Origin: Phoronis australis
Lineage: Eukaryota; Animalia; Phoronida
NCBI GenBank assembly: GCA_002633005.1
Contig: NMRA01000621.1
Span: forward strand, 205,824 to 244,016
Length of the DNA stretch: 38,193 bases
Direction: 5' to 3'
Position 1 is the stretch's first letter. Every line of letters begins with the position of its first letter. Made by a program: the position numbers and the translations under genes. This document shows positions 12,898 to 25,675 of the stretch, piece by piece. Under the pieces are notes generated by a model. It had not been told where the DNA came from. It saw nothing but the letters and a program-made list of their open reading frames with translations, and ran no database searches.

Positions 12898-13061
12898 CTT
12901 GAACGTGTCTCCATCTTTCGGCGTGATAACGGTGGCATTGAGGCGAAGTTTTTCATCCAGCCAAGTTGAGATGCTACTCCGGATATTGGGTTCCAACGTT
13001 GTTGTGTTTCGCGTTCGCAATGGAGTCAGATTTTCTATGTCATACTTGAATGACACTATTC
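12898..13061 (-). CDS. Exon 9
   Basis: cctttcAG|GA...TTCAAG|GTGAA, 164 nt, phase 1-0. GIVSFKYDIENL...PKDGDTFK. Confidence 0.83.
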
Positions 13062-14473
13062 CTGAAAGGTACAAAACAAACAAGTAGTCATTTTTATGAC
13101 TGAATAAGGCTCTTGTATATTGGGGTTTACTTCGAACTCCTTCGCGACCTTCAAATACTTTTATGAGAAGCCAGAGGTGCATGTCATCCGCTTAAATAGA
13201 TGCTCCCCAGCAGCATCCTTACGAGTAATTAGAGTAAAAATTAATGTAAGCATGTTACTAATGGATCTGGAGAATCGCGAGAGATCACGTCAAGTAGCGC
13301 CATTGGATTCCAGCCTTCTCACGGTCACCAGAAGGCAGATTTGCAGCCTGTAGTGAAGGCGGTCGACAAGAAAGAAGTTAAAACGGACATATGAGGAGCA
13401 GTCACAAATATTTTATTCTGAATTCGTGATTCCGCTGTCTAACCTTATTGAGTGCGCAGTAACTGAAGGCTTTAACTCCAAGACCGTGGAAAAACTAAGC
13501 TTAATCTTGGCCAACTTCTATTCAGGAGCACCAGATATACGGAATCGACTTAATTATGTTTCAGTAAACACTTGAGGCATAATGACATAAAAACAAGCCA
13601 TTGTATGGATTTTCAGGACACCCTTTTCAGTGATGCATTCGACGAACAATACAACCATAAGAAGACTGCGTAATAAGAGCAAATTCATGCATTTGAATGA
13701 TCCGAGAATACCCTCATGGAAGCTAGTATCTGTAATAGTGCTGGTAGCCTTGCTAGTTTTTGTCGACAATCCTTTCCACCTCATATCTGACCGTCAAAAC
13801 GGTCCCATTGAGTGAATTTTCGGACATATGGACAAACGTCATATGGTTGTATCATATGTCTTGTGTATGGTTTATTGCAGTGTTTACGTGGTAAGGAAAT
13901 CCTGCATCGAAAGTGGCAGCATTAGACAAACACAATTTCTCCAATTCTCGTTCAAGGTAGGATAGCGATATTTTATTTTCAAGTATAGAAACAAATTCTT
14001 AATTGAACGGGATTGGACTAGGGAACCAAGCATTGTTCTTTAAAAAACAGCACCCTTTGTTGAAGCTATTCCTCAAATCAGAATCGTTGTGACTAACCTC
14101 TGAATTTGTTGCAATTATCACATGGAAGTTAATATATAGCTCAGTAACCGAATCAGGGTTGATTTTTAGACTCAAAAATCTTCTTAAGGAAGGTGGTGTC
14201 ATTAAGTACGTCGCTTGTAATACATAACGAGGTCTTGCGAAGTCTTACGTTTTCGCGAGGTTTTCGTCTCTACGGAAAGCACGCCTGGACTAGGGAGCAA
14301 CACAGGTTTTTTTTTTCGAAAATTGTGTCAAGTGAAAGTTTTCGAAACAAAGTGAAATGTTATGCCCTGATAGTTGAAACATTACATGGCTTTGTAAAAA
14401 ATTCACCCTCAGGTCTATTCACGCCGCCTTCAAGAATATTCGCAGTCACAAATGAAAAATTTAATCCGCATAC

Positions 14474-14618
14474 CGTGAACGTTGTCTGTCCCAGCACGTG
14501 ACAAACGTCCTGTCACCTGATCGTAATTGTCATCATACAGCGTCGGATCAGCTTCGACCGGTCTTAAGGGGGCGTGCTGTCGATGGTAGTCGTTGTAAAA
14601 ATAGTCTTTCCATGACAA
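14474..14618 (-). CDS. Exon 8
   Basis: aatttcAG|TTG...CACG|GTATG, 145 nt, phase 0-1. LSWKDYFYNDYHRQHAPLRPV...GTDNVH. Confidence 0.85.
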
Positions 14619-14803
14619 CTGAAATTTTAAAACAAAAATAAAAACGTCTTCATGACAACAGAGAAATGGCAACATCAAGAGACTTCAATAATTGTACTTC
14701 ACATTTTAACTAGATTTGTAAACCTGAATCACTCGTGCTTCTATATGTGACTGAAAATCGGGTACGATATTACGGGAAAATATCAGGATTGACCAAGACT
14801 TAC

Positions 14804-15410
14804 TTCTATGTCTCCCAGGTGTGTCTGCCAAAGGTAACCAGAGACTTCAGTGGCCGATGAAAAATAAAATTTCTTCGTGGTATCAATAAGCAGCTTTGAA
14901 CTCGCATCGTACAGAACATAAGATCTGGCCTCTCGTACATTTAGAGCTACGTCCACAACTGTCAGAACAATTGCGAAGAATTGAGGCTCACTGGTCAAGT
15001 TGAAACGCACAGTCGTATTTGAAGGACCCAAGGTGATGGGTCCAAATCTGACTGGTTTAAACACCATGCCGACAGAAGACGATGATCGCTCTGTTATATC
15101 ATAGACGTTGAGAACAAATTCCTTCAGTCCAGATGGGTTTTTACCGAAATCGTTCCAACCTGAAAAATCCAGATTGATCGTCCCTGTTTTGCGTATTCTG
15201 TCTCCAAACGTCATATATTCCGTAGATGAATTACACTTGTTCGCGCCACTTTCACGTGAGCAGTGAGTGGGCTTAGTGAAATCCATCCGCATACACACAG
15301 TCTTTGCACGTGGAACGTCGCTGTTCTTTTGCGTTTTGTAAAAATTATTGGTATTTGGGTCACCATAATGGGTATATCCACCGGCAACAACTTTGAATTC
15401 TGCACATAAC
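14804..15410 (-). CDS. Exon 7: Ig/FN3-like region
   Basis: tttccgtAG|G...ATAGAA|GTAAG, 607 nt, phase 2-0. LCAEFKVVAGGYTHY...VCMRMDFTKPTHCS...WQTHLGDIE; extends the 14783..15298 ORF upstream. Confidence 0.88.
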
Positions 15411-16464
15411 CTACGGAAACAAAATTATTTCAGCACCATCAATTACTCATTAGGTTAATCTGAATGTAGTTATTTGACTTCCAAGTAGATCTCGTGGGGG
15501 GGGGTTGTACAAAATGATTAGCTACCCTTTTGGGTTAGAGTTCAACGCAGTGTAACTTAGGGTATCCTGAAACTATAAACTCCTACATGCAATTGGAATA
15601 AATCATAACGAAATCAATCCTAATGCAATTCCCTATGGATTTCACAGATAATAAACTGTGACCGATTTCAGTTGGTCACGGATTGAAAAGGTAAAAACAA
15701 ATTTATTGACTCCTTAGTCAATTGAACTCAACACCATCAACTGAATGTATATGGAAGCCACTGAAATAGCATTTCGTTCACAAAACAAAACTTGCAACTC
15801 GCTCAGGAATTAGGACATTCCGGAATAGATGAGGTGGTTACCTGCGGTGGTTTATCACGGCGTTGAAGCCTCTCATTGGAGCAATCATTTAAGTTCATTT
15901 AATCTATGCTTTCGACATGTACATGTATGATTAGGAACGATAACTCACCGCATCAAAATAAAACGAATGGTTTTATATCAAATCACGAACTAAAACAATT
16001 GTTTCTAAAGATGGCCTTCCCTGTGCTATCATTTTGAAAATTATCTAGCGTGTTTATATAATACTCCAAATTACGATACGGCTTCGATGCATTCAAGACT
16101 CGTAATTTATACAACACTAAAAGGGACAAGAACCGTTCCAAGTGTTCACAGCAGTGCATGGAAACTTTTTGAATTTCCAGTACGACGTTACGCAATTCCC
16201 TTCCGAAATAATTATAAATCCCATTCCGCCATGTTATACGTTATTTAGTATTTGCATTGTACAAAATTATGATATTTTCGTATTGATCAAAGTGAATATA
16301 AGTTTAAAATTGTGACATTGTCTCGGTTCCATGCCCGTTCCTCTTTAATCGCATGATGGATAATCTAAATATTTATTTTATTATTCTTCTCATAAATTCA
16401 ATGTGTACCTTTACCATTGGAATGTGTACTTGTCATGCGTTATCAAATAAAACACATACTCAAA

Positions 16465-17020
16465 TCAAATTAATTCACAGTTCTGCAACATACGGATAAA
16501 TTTGTCAAATAACCTTCTTCGAATGTTTGAACAAGGAGAGGGAGACGACAAGTCCAGTGATAGCAATTCTAATTGTACCAACACCTGTATAAATGAGTGA
16601 TGTGACAAATTCCTGACAATCGATGAACAATCAACAAAAACCAATGACAATAAATGTGGCATCAATTTGCACCTACCTACCTGCACTCAAGACATTTTTT
16701 ACAGGTTCAGTATAGTCGCTTCCCATTATCCGACACGATATTCATTTGTTTCAAGAAAGTGGAGATACACAAAGACTCTTTCATGTCCATCGGGAAACGA
16801 TATACTATCCCATTTTCCAATGCCTACGGCAGCATTAAGGAGTGTGCAACTAATAGGAGCAGTGCGGATAAACCATTTCTATATTTTTGCCTTATTTCCA
16901 CGTACACACCAGAGTGCAGATTTGAACGTCTAGGGTAGGAAGGTGCCACCCGGAACATCTCGGGTATTTTTTTGCTGCCGTCTTTGCAGACTTGAATGAT
17001 GTGATCACTCAATCTGCCAT
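16465..17020 (-). mobile_element. Possible highly decayed RNase-H-bearing LINE fragment
   Basis: HIIQVCKDGSK resembles the IYTDGSK RNase H motif; the downstream LFDKFI..LI* resembles LINE ORF2 C-termini. Many stops; weak. Confidence 0.25.
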
Positions 17021-17047
17021 TCAAAAGTCACACGTATGAGTCAAGTC

Positions 17048-17097
17048 TACACGCACACACACGCACACGCGCACGCGCACACGCACACACACACACG
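17048..17097. repeat. (CA)/(CG) microsatellite
   Basis: About 50 bp of alternating purine-pyrimidine sequence. Confidence 0.9.
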
Positions 17098-17476
17098 GAA
17101 AACGTTTACCCTTCGAGGGAAAATTTGAGGCAGCGAAAATACCGAGGTAATAACCACAGATGTTCGTGAGGTCAAAACATGACATACGGAGTTGACTAAT
17201 TATCACCCTGTACTTATCATACGCAATCCAGCACGAACGCAATTGCCCAAGACCATGTATTTTAGGATTTTTGGTTTCAATGCACTGACAAGACAATAGG
17301 TGCGTCTAGAACTACATTCAACGAAAGTCACATATCAACATTTCTTTTGATCATGAGATCCTGACCGTCTCACTGTGGACACTGATTGAGTGGAAAGTAG
17401 GCCTCTCATGGGGTCTCGTTGGCGTTTTGCTCCGAATGGGAAAACACGAAATCGACTTAATACGCAAAGGTCTTAC

Positions 17477-17630
17477 TTGTCTCCGTCACTAAATGATGTG
17501 TAAGAAAAGTCGTGATCGATGTCGCACTTGATCTGATCTGTGGGTTGTCCAGTTCCGTCCCCGTATGGCCCTTTTGGCTCACATGTCCCGTCACCCGGCA
17601 TAGTGTATGTGATGATGTCTACATCTGCAC
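17477..17630 (-). CDS. Exon 6
   Basis: cattgcAG|GT...GACAA|GTAAG, 154 nt, phase 1-2. GADVDIITYTMPGDGTCEPK...FSDGD. A second in-frame AG lies 6 nt downstream. Confidence 0.82.
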
Positions 17631-18951
17631 CTGCAATGTTTTTATCGTCTAGCTTTGACTTTAAGGAAGAAACCAAAACTGATGGGCAACATTACTTAGA
17701 GGAATTTGGAAATTTGGATGTCAAGATAAATACTGAGGACCTCCAATTCCGCTACAGGTGAATTATGGACGAGTTCTCTAGCAGAAGAGCAGCACATGTA
17801 CACCAAATATTCAAAATACCATTTTGCTACACTGTGCGTGTATGTATGGGCGTTCCGTGGTGATGGTATTCGCGCCCATCTTTGAAGCAGATTTCAACTG
17901 GTTTGCCATTTCAACCGTGTTACTAAAGCGACATTCTGTCCGTGTAATGTTGCATATCAGGTTACATGACGTGAGGAACAGCTATTCCTAAATGTCAGAG
18001 GCTTATCCAGTGTAAACATTCGAACCAACGCCATCTATACCATCAAAACAATAGCAAAGGTTAAGCGATATTAAGCACACGTGTACGAAGTGAATTTGCC
18101 AGGTTATCAAATGCTCGAAAACCTGGATTAACGCGCAACGAGCGCCTTTACAAGAACTTTCAAACAGCGCAAGACAAGAACTTTCTCGCCTTTATTCCAT
18201 ACCAGCCTTTGTTAATATTGCATTGTGACTGTTCAGTGAATCCTCGTTACACTATTTACAACCACGTCCCAATTGTTCGAATTTCCGTAACTGCATTGAT
18301 GTTATTGCTTTCGTTTCCATGACGTAATATCCAACTAACTTTGTTTACAAATTTTATTTACATGTACGAACCCTTTTCTCGCCTGCTGTCATTGCGAACT
18401 CAGTTACTTTAGTTGACATGACATGCATACATACATGTCAACCAATACAGGAATTACATGTACATGTACGTATTTGCTGCGTGTTTTGGCCGTCTCATTA
18501 GTGCTACGGCCTAGCATCGAAATGCTGCGTATTTTTTGGTAATTGAGTACTTTTTTGCCGATATTTAAACTAAAGTATTCAAACCTTCGCTTTGGCTTTT
18601 ACTGCCAATTTCTTTGTCAAAATAACCTCATATCACGAGCCTTGCTAAACATGACCAAATGAGTTACCAAGGTGTACAACAGTCACCCGCAATCATTACA
18701 TAACAGTAGACATAAGAGCCTCTATTAGGTAAGTATACATGGAATGCATTTTAACACTATACCATATTTTGATTCATTGTCGTCAATGCTATAATTTGCC
18801 ATGATTTTTTACACAAATTGCTAAGGTTAGAGCAAAAATGGTAAACATCTTTGTGCATATACATGTACTTGAACGAACGATATTTCCCCATATTCAATTC
18901 TTGGTTCACTAATTTACGCAGCTTTACTGACGCCAGCGTACGTTCGCATAC

Positions 18952-19212
18952 CTGCGGGTTTCTTGAACATTTTCACAGAACTCTTTGTAATTCCGTACTT
19001 GAAGTCTCTGACATACGGCAAATTGGTGTATGGTGGGTGCTGGAAGTTTGCCTCTAAGTCTAATTGGAGTTTCTTGGGAACAAATTTAATCCACTCGTCT
19101 CCCTCAGTGTAACAGCTGCTGGATCCTGGCAAAGTCGGCTGACTCTGTCGCCGTTCACCACCCGGGCTCTTCACGGTAAACTTGCACAGGTCCAACTCGG
19201 GTCTTATTGTTA
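18952..19212 (-). CDS. Exon 5
   Basis: gattgcAG|TA...GCAG|GTATG, 261 nt, phase 1-1. TIRPELDLCKFTVKSPGG...FKKPA. The acceptor lies in the last unit of a minisatellite. Confidence 0.82.
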
Positions 19213-19674
19213 CTGCAATCACATATTGTATTAAACCAGCTTACTGCAGTCACATATTGTATTAAATCAGCTTACTAGAATCACATATTGTATTAAATCA
19301 GCTGACTGCAATCACATATTGTATTAAATCAGCTTACCACAATCACATATTGTATTAAATCAGTTAACTGCAATCACATATTGTATTAAATCAACTTACT
19401 ACAATCATATAGTGTAATTGATCAGCTTACTGCATTCACATATTGTATTAAATCAGCGTACTAGAATCACATATTGTATTAAATCATCTGACTGCAATCA
19501 CATATTGTATTAAATCAGCTTACCACAATCACATATTGTATTAAATCAGTTAACTGCAATCACATATTGTATTAAATCAACTTACTACAATCATATAGTG
19601 TAATTGATCAGCTTACTGCATTCGCATATTGTATTAAATCAGCTTACCACATTCACATATTGTATTAAATCAGC
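19210..19674. repeat. 31-bp minisatellite, 15 units, with a 6-unit (186-bp) higher-order repeat
   Basis: Unit TTACTGCAATCACATATTGTATTAAATCAGC; the variant order of units 3-8 recurs in units 9-14. Confidence 0.97.
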
Positions 19675-21175
19675 TTACTAAATCACGTAATGGAGAAAAT
19701 AAGCTTACTGCTAACGCCTTCAACTACGATAATTGAACATTAGGCTCAAATGTGTTGTCGGTGATACATTCATTAAATAACAATAAGGTGAACTTTTGAG
19801 GACGTAACAAACAGGTGGCAAATTAGCAGGACAGTTGCTCTGTCTTCCAACAATGTTCTGAAATAGCCAACTAGAGCATCGTAAATCGACGATTCACATT
19901 GATATATCGTAAGAAACTTAACTGCAACTACATGTACTGGTTTGGTACTAGGATCCAATAAACAACAGTGCGAAGCTAAAATTATTGTAAACTGGCATGT
20001 GGTGCCCCATTTGACAACGGACGTTCACAGCTGTCGCATGGATCTGCCACTGGGAATGGAGACATTCGCTTTAAATACTATATTAGGATTGCAATAATCA
20101 ACGTGTCGTAAAAACCTTGACTTGACAACTTACACGCTGTTTTTTAAACAAGTTCACCAACAAATCGATTGTAGAAGGCGGCGCAAAATATGTACTCATA
20201 TCGAAGACAACAACAGTGTGTCTTTTCAGGAGGCGCACGAGACCACCACGTCAATACATCTCCGTAAAAATATTTTTTTGAAAAATTATCCTGTTTTGAA
20301 CTAAGATGCATATAGTGTAATTGAAAATATTCCGTGTTTCTGACATTTGTGAACTAAAATTAAGTGCGCACTTCTCAAGTTACTAACGGACAAGTTCAAT
20401 ATTAATACTTTGAAACAACAGTGCAATCGCCACAATTTGGTCCCTAATCAAAATGAAAATTCTTCAAATGGCATTGCAAACTAGGTAAAACGTGGTGAAA
20501 ATCGTAATTGCCGTGTAGTCAGAATCAGAATCGCCTAACACCTAAAGTAGAAAAATCTGTCAAAATGTATTAGTGCTGCAGTCGTCAGGGTCGTAACTTA
20601 TTAGCAGATTATGTTGAGGATTGGGGAATTTTGCAGCAGTCGACACCACAGAAAACTTTTCTACATTCTCCCTAAAAGAAATTTCGTGAATTTTTAAAAA
20701 ATGTGGGAATTCTTTAAAAAGTAACTGCCACCAGGAGACTTAACGGTCGTTTGAACCGTAGCAAATTGTCGGGTGTGGTTTTCAATTGAAAAGATTATGC
20801 ATGTGTATATGTCAGTTGCTTTCCAACTAGCGAGTGCGCCTGCCAACAGACAAAAGAAGGGAAACGAGCCAATTATATGTATACGTAAGCACATGAAAAC
20901 ATTAAGATTTCATGTAAACATTGTCCTCAACGAACTCAAGGTTTTGTCACCGTAACAGGCTATCGCTAATGGCCACCTACATACGGTTTTACTATATTAC
21001 GTGTTTATTGCTGTTGCCTAACCCTAAAATTGTAGAGTGAAAAATGGCGCCCGTACGCACTTGTGTTGCTGTCTCACTCGACCGAATGAGCTCGGTCATG
21101 TTTTTAAAACCCAAAGCGTTTCGGTTAAGAATTAAACAAATGCGAATTGTAGCTTTAAACTTTAACATAACGTAC

Positions 21176-21289
21176 GATCGCAGACACCACTTCCAGTCTT
21201 CGAGAAGCCTGATGCGCATGCACAAGTGTTTGGATATCCATTGCTGCATACTCCAGGGAAACAATGATGTCCAACCCAAGAACAGCGAG
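21176..21289 (-). CDS. Exon 4: EGF-like module (this frame is absent from the ORF track)
   Basis: ttttttcAG|CT...GATC|GTACGT, 114 nt, phase 1-1. Hand translation: RCSWVGHHCFPGVCSNGYPNTCACASGFSKTGSGVCD. Confidence 0.87.
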
Positions 21290-22029
21290 CTGAAAAAAAG
21301 TTCCAAAATGAGACGATACATGCAATTTATGTCACGTTTGAAGAAAAATTTTCGTACTTGATAAAGACTAATCAAGCACAATGCGTGAGGAAGTTAATCA
21401 GGTCAAAAACAGGACGCTGAAACAAAATTTACGAGTTCGGCATCTTAGTATTAAGCCAATTGTGTAAATAGTAACACACCTGTTGTGAACCCTCTACAAA
21501 CGGAAAACTTCGGGGTACAGCAATTTCCCTTACACAGCTTGGTTATTTCATCACTCAAAATAAGAGTTGGTCTGTCAACTGGATGGTAGTCTGGTAGGCG
21601 TAGACATATTATCAATTTGATTTCTGGGGACTAATACTATCTATCGTATTTACCTATACTTACAAAATAAAATGAAAAAAGGAAAATTTTAGGAGGTGCA
21701 AAAACGATGCTCACTTGCAAAAATCCAAAATTGTATTCATGAAACTGTAAAAACTATCCAACCTGGTCTTCAGAGGGAAATGAAGTTCCTTATTACCTAA
21801 GTACAGTAAGTCGAAACTCTGACCCGGAAGAAAGATACAAGAAAAAACCATAAAGGTTTCTCCGTACAAGAAATAGGTGGCAATTCTCTAGATTTATAAG
21901 CTTCACAAATTGACTGTCTCAGAATTACCGACGATAGGCAAAATTGGCCATTTTGAAAGTTGGTAACGCGTGTGTTGCAAACAATCGAAACATGTATGTT
22001 CAGATAAATGATGTGAAGGTGCAATGTAA

Positions 22030-22525
22030 TTTTTTATTAGTAATAGGAAACAACTACGGTTTTAAATCGTCTTAACGTGTTTCGGTGTCATTTATTCAAA
22101 CACCATCATCGGAAGAGAGAATATGGTGGCCATCTAGCTAGACCCAGCAACAAGTGATGAAACATAAAAAACAGTTACAGGGAGTGACAATAAACTAGAC
22201 CAACAATGACAACCTGTGGTGTGCCAGATGCCTATTGAGATTATGCTTGCACCAACTGATGTGTAGAGCCTCACGAAATTTTAAGCTCCTTTGTTGCTTC
22301 TGCTTCGTCTATTATTGAAAATTCATTGAAAGAGCATTGCCGAGAACAAAGATCGGAGCTCTGTAGATGAATATTTAAATGTGAACCTCAGTCAGAATTT
22401 AGATGTTCCCTGGTCCTGGTTTTTAAATGGCGAACGGTTTCGCCTAAAAACTGGAGCCACATCCAGCACAGATAAAGTTATACACTACCCTGGACCGTAG
22501 ACCCATAGGAATTTTGTCCTAGGGT
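22030..22525 (-). mobile_element. Penelope-like retroelement 3' relic (GIY-YIG endonuclease pseudogene + 3' region)
   Basis: Hand translation with 2 frameshifts and 1 stop: DKIPMGLRSRVVYNFICAGCGSS/GETVRHLKTRTREHLNSD*GSH...FSIIDEA...LKI/REALHISWCKHNLNRHL. Followed by a hammerhead motif and AATAAA. Confidence 0.85.
22070..22116 (-). ncRNA. Minimal type I hammerhead ribozyme fold (U4C variant)
   Basis: TCTT CCGATGA T GGTGTT-loop-GACACC GAAAC AC GTT AAGA: stems I, II and a minimal III with a GUU site, in the position expected for Penelope elements. Confidence 0.65.
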
Positions 22526-22729
22526 TAATGTAATTCACAATACAAATATTCATGGTGTATCCAAGATCATTAAATGTAGAGCTCAAATAGACGCAGCATC
22601 ACGCATTGGCACATGGACATACATTGACATTTGCACTGTATATTGTAAATGTAATTTCGTCTCCCTTGATTTTCATGACAATTAGCAATTGCTTCATTGC
22701 CTGTGAGATTTGCATAAAAATGTACTTAC

Positions 22730-22879
22730 GGTCACAGTACGTCATCGCACTATTAGGCGTAAAAGCACACTTGTGTAGAATGGATTGGTATTGAAGATTG
22801 CACTCGAAACATTTTTTATTTTTCGGCCCTTCGTCACATCTCATATGAGCACAGTTGGCCACTTCGGCGCGTGGACAAG
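22730..22879 (-). CDS. Exon 3: Cys-rich module
   Basis: ctttcttacAG|CT...GACC|GTAAG, 150 nt, phase 1-1. CPRAEVANCAHMRCDEGPKNKKCFECNLQYQSILHKCAFTPNSAMTYCD. Confidence 0.87.
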
Positions 22880-23574
22880 CTGTAAGAAAGGATATTAAAA
22901 ATCACTGACCATTTTACAGTTGACCAAAACTGTCTTGGAAAAGGTACAGTAGTTATTATACGATTTGACGTTTTCAAACTGCTATAAATCCGTCTTCTGT
23001 CACAAACATAAACTTTTAATTTTGACTACTTATCAGTATGAAATTAACCTCAAGATGTTCGTAGTTAAACTGAAATGATCCCAAGGCTTTGAAAATTATT
23101 ACCGGCTCCCTATTGCTTAAGGCTCGACTTCACAATGCTAAACTGCATTTTGTGCGCTGACCATGGTGTCAAGGAATAACGAATTGCCAGTTCTTTAAGA
23201 CGGCAATTTCTCTCCTTAGCCACAACGCAGGTTCGTACCTTCTTTAACTTTTAACTCCTGTGCATTTAAACTGTCAGAATTGACCTATTATCAAAAAATC
23301 GAAGACGACGCATTGCTATGGATTGTGCAGGATTCAAATCCGAACGAAATTTAACCAATAAAAAACAGTACGTGTACGTACATTTAAAGTCGAGAAATGG
23401 CATGAATTACGTATCTCCCAAAATGGACACCAATCTAATTTCAAATGAGAAATGTTTTCTTTTGGATACCAAGAGATTAACTAAAAAAACGTGTAGGCTA
23501 AGTTTTAAACATGTCGCACATCTATGAAGTTTGCAACTTTCAACGTCTGGAAAGTTAGCAGAAGTAAAACTTAC

Positions 23575-23676
23575 GATCACAACGTGGCGAATAATACTCA
23601 TCGGCACAGTTGGAGCAGTAGTCAGGTCTTATACAAGTACCTCCGTTAGGGCATGATGTTGACCCAAAACAAACAG
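23575..23676 (-). CDS. Exon 2: EGF-like module
   Basis: gttacAG|CT...GATC|GTAAG, 102 nt, phase 1-1. VCFGSTSCPNGGTCIRPDYCSNCADEYYSPRCD. Confidence 0.9.
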
Positions 23677-25004
23677 CTGTAACACAAGGTAAACACACAT
23701 CTATTACTGTTGCACAATTTGCTGCATGACTAACCTTTGAGCATAAACGAAGCAATTAGGAAATATTCGTTGGTGATGTTGCCTAGCGACATTCCTTCTG
23801 AAGAATGCTACTAAATCCAGATTTTTTTTACGTTACGACATACAATGTGGTTCTAGACATTTCTTATAACACAAACCCCTTTTTTGACGTGACAGGCATG
23901 AACTGTGGACACAGCCTGTTGCTCTAGATCTGGAGACCAAGTGTACAGACTCAAGATATTGCTGTGGCGGCCATGTTTTTTTTGCGTAGTTATAGCTTCA
24001 AATTAAGCAATCTTGATATGTGGATAGATTTTGCCAAGAGTTGAAAGAAATGAAGACTAGTTCTCAGGTGGGGCTAGCCTATCACGGCCTCTTCTGATCA
24101 GTGATCAGTGATCCGTCTAAGACTGTCGTCAAGTAGGGCACGCAGCGGTCTTCTCTTCTACGTGAAGGCAACGTAGATGTGATGTATATGCCAAATTTCT
24201 TGAGCCACTACCAAGGGACATAAAAGATATCAAGCCATAGCAAAAATCCCACTAGAGAAATCACACTAGGGGAATTTTACCAAAAATTCATAAAAATTCT
24301 AATGCTCTTCTCACCATGAAAAAACCGACGTTGACAGTTGACACCCACAACAATCGAGTTTAGGCAAACTTAACTGGTTTGCCTGCTTCGAAATTCACTG
24401 GTAGAAACCAGCAGCTAATTATAGAGAATTGCATCACCTGTGGACGCTGATGAATCGGACTCAACGTAATTACACTAGGGCCGACAATAGTATCTTTAAA
24501 TGTTTGTATTGAAAGTTATTAAAAATAATACATTTTCTTAGTTCGCAACAATTACACATGGTTACAGTAGGTTAAGTGAATTTTGAAAATCATACAAGAG
24601 TTATAACATTTGCAAACCGCAGCTTTTGAACAGTTTTGACAATATCCTGCTTCTCATTAATTCTGCTGAGTGTGCAATATAATTGATCCAATTACTAAAC
24701 CAACAGGCAGCAGTTCCAAACTGGGATAAGTCAAGTGTCATCGTACGAGTCTTGTCATGATAAATATCTCATGAAGACCGATCTAGAAACTTGGTAAAAA
24801 ACTGAATAACATGCACAACTACTTAATTGCCAATAAGGGGACCCAGAACATTCGCACCGGTTCGAGAATCATTGTCAGCCGGATTTTTCCTTCCCGGTAG
24901 AAACGCATATGGAAGTTTTCATAACAGTGGCTTAGCCAATACAGATACCAAGGCGAAAAACCTGAAAATGAGAAAAAATGACTCATCTTTGGTGTGCAAT
25001 AACC

Positions 25005-25565
25005 CAAACCAAAACGTGCTTATTTGATACGGTCTTTTCCTCAACTCCGACAAGTTTAGGCATAACTTAAGTAATCATGTCTCTCCAAACTGTAAATGTG
25101 GTGACCATCAATCTTATCCTCATATTTTCTTCAAATGTTCCTTCATCGAATACCTGAGAGACTCACTCTTTCGTGCACTCAATGAAAACCAATCAATTGT
25201 TAAAGCTCTCAATTCTTGTAATAATACACTACTAAAGTTACATTATTACTGAATGGTAGTCCTAACCTTGACCTTGTTCTCAATGAATTTCTCCTAAGCA
25301 ACGTTGGCAAATTTTTATGTACCGTTTATAAATATTGTTGCTTCTGATTTCCATACATCAATCTGAACATGTCTTTGTTTTCATATATTTGTAATAGCAT
25401 ATCTAAATATTGGAATACTTATATTAGATACTACTTAAATATATATAACACTATGTATATTAGTTTCATTTATGAATTGTCTACAATCCAGATATAATGC
25501 AGCGCGATTTCTGGGTTTGTTATTCTTTCTTTGTATGTTCTGTGTATTCTTCAATAAATATATAT
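25005..25565 (+). mobile_element. CR1/L2-group LINE 3' fragment (ORF2 C-terminal CCHC region + 3' UTR)
   Basis: 25028-25252 reads YGLFLNSDKFRHNLSNHVSPNCKCGDHQSYPHIFFKC...RDSLF; after a frameshift, LLNGSPNLDLVLNEFLLSNVGKFL. AATAAA at 25553. Confidence 0.75.
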
Positions 25566-25675
25566 CACTTAGAAAGAGGTTGGGATTGAAGACAGTGCTC
25601 AACTGGCGGTACATTATCTCCTGAGCATCGTGCCATATGCGACTGAGACAATATCAACGTTTAACGAACACTTAC

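Noticed and set aside
19210-19674. CRISPR-like appearance of the 31-bp and 21-bp arrays
   Set aside because: Units are contiguous with no unique spacers; no cas genes; spliceosomal eukaryotic context.
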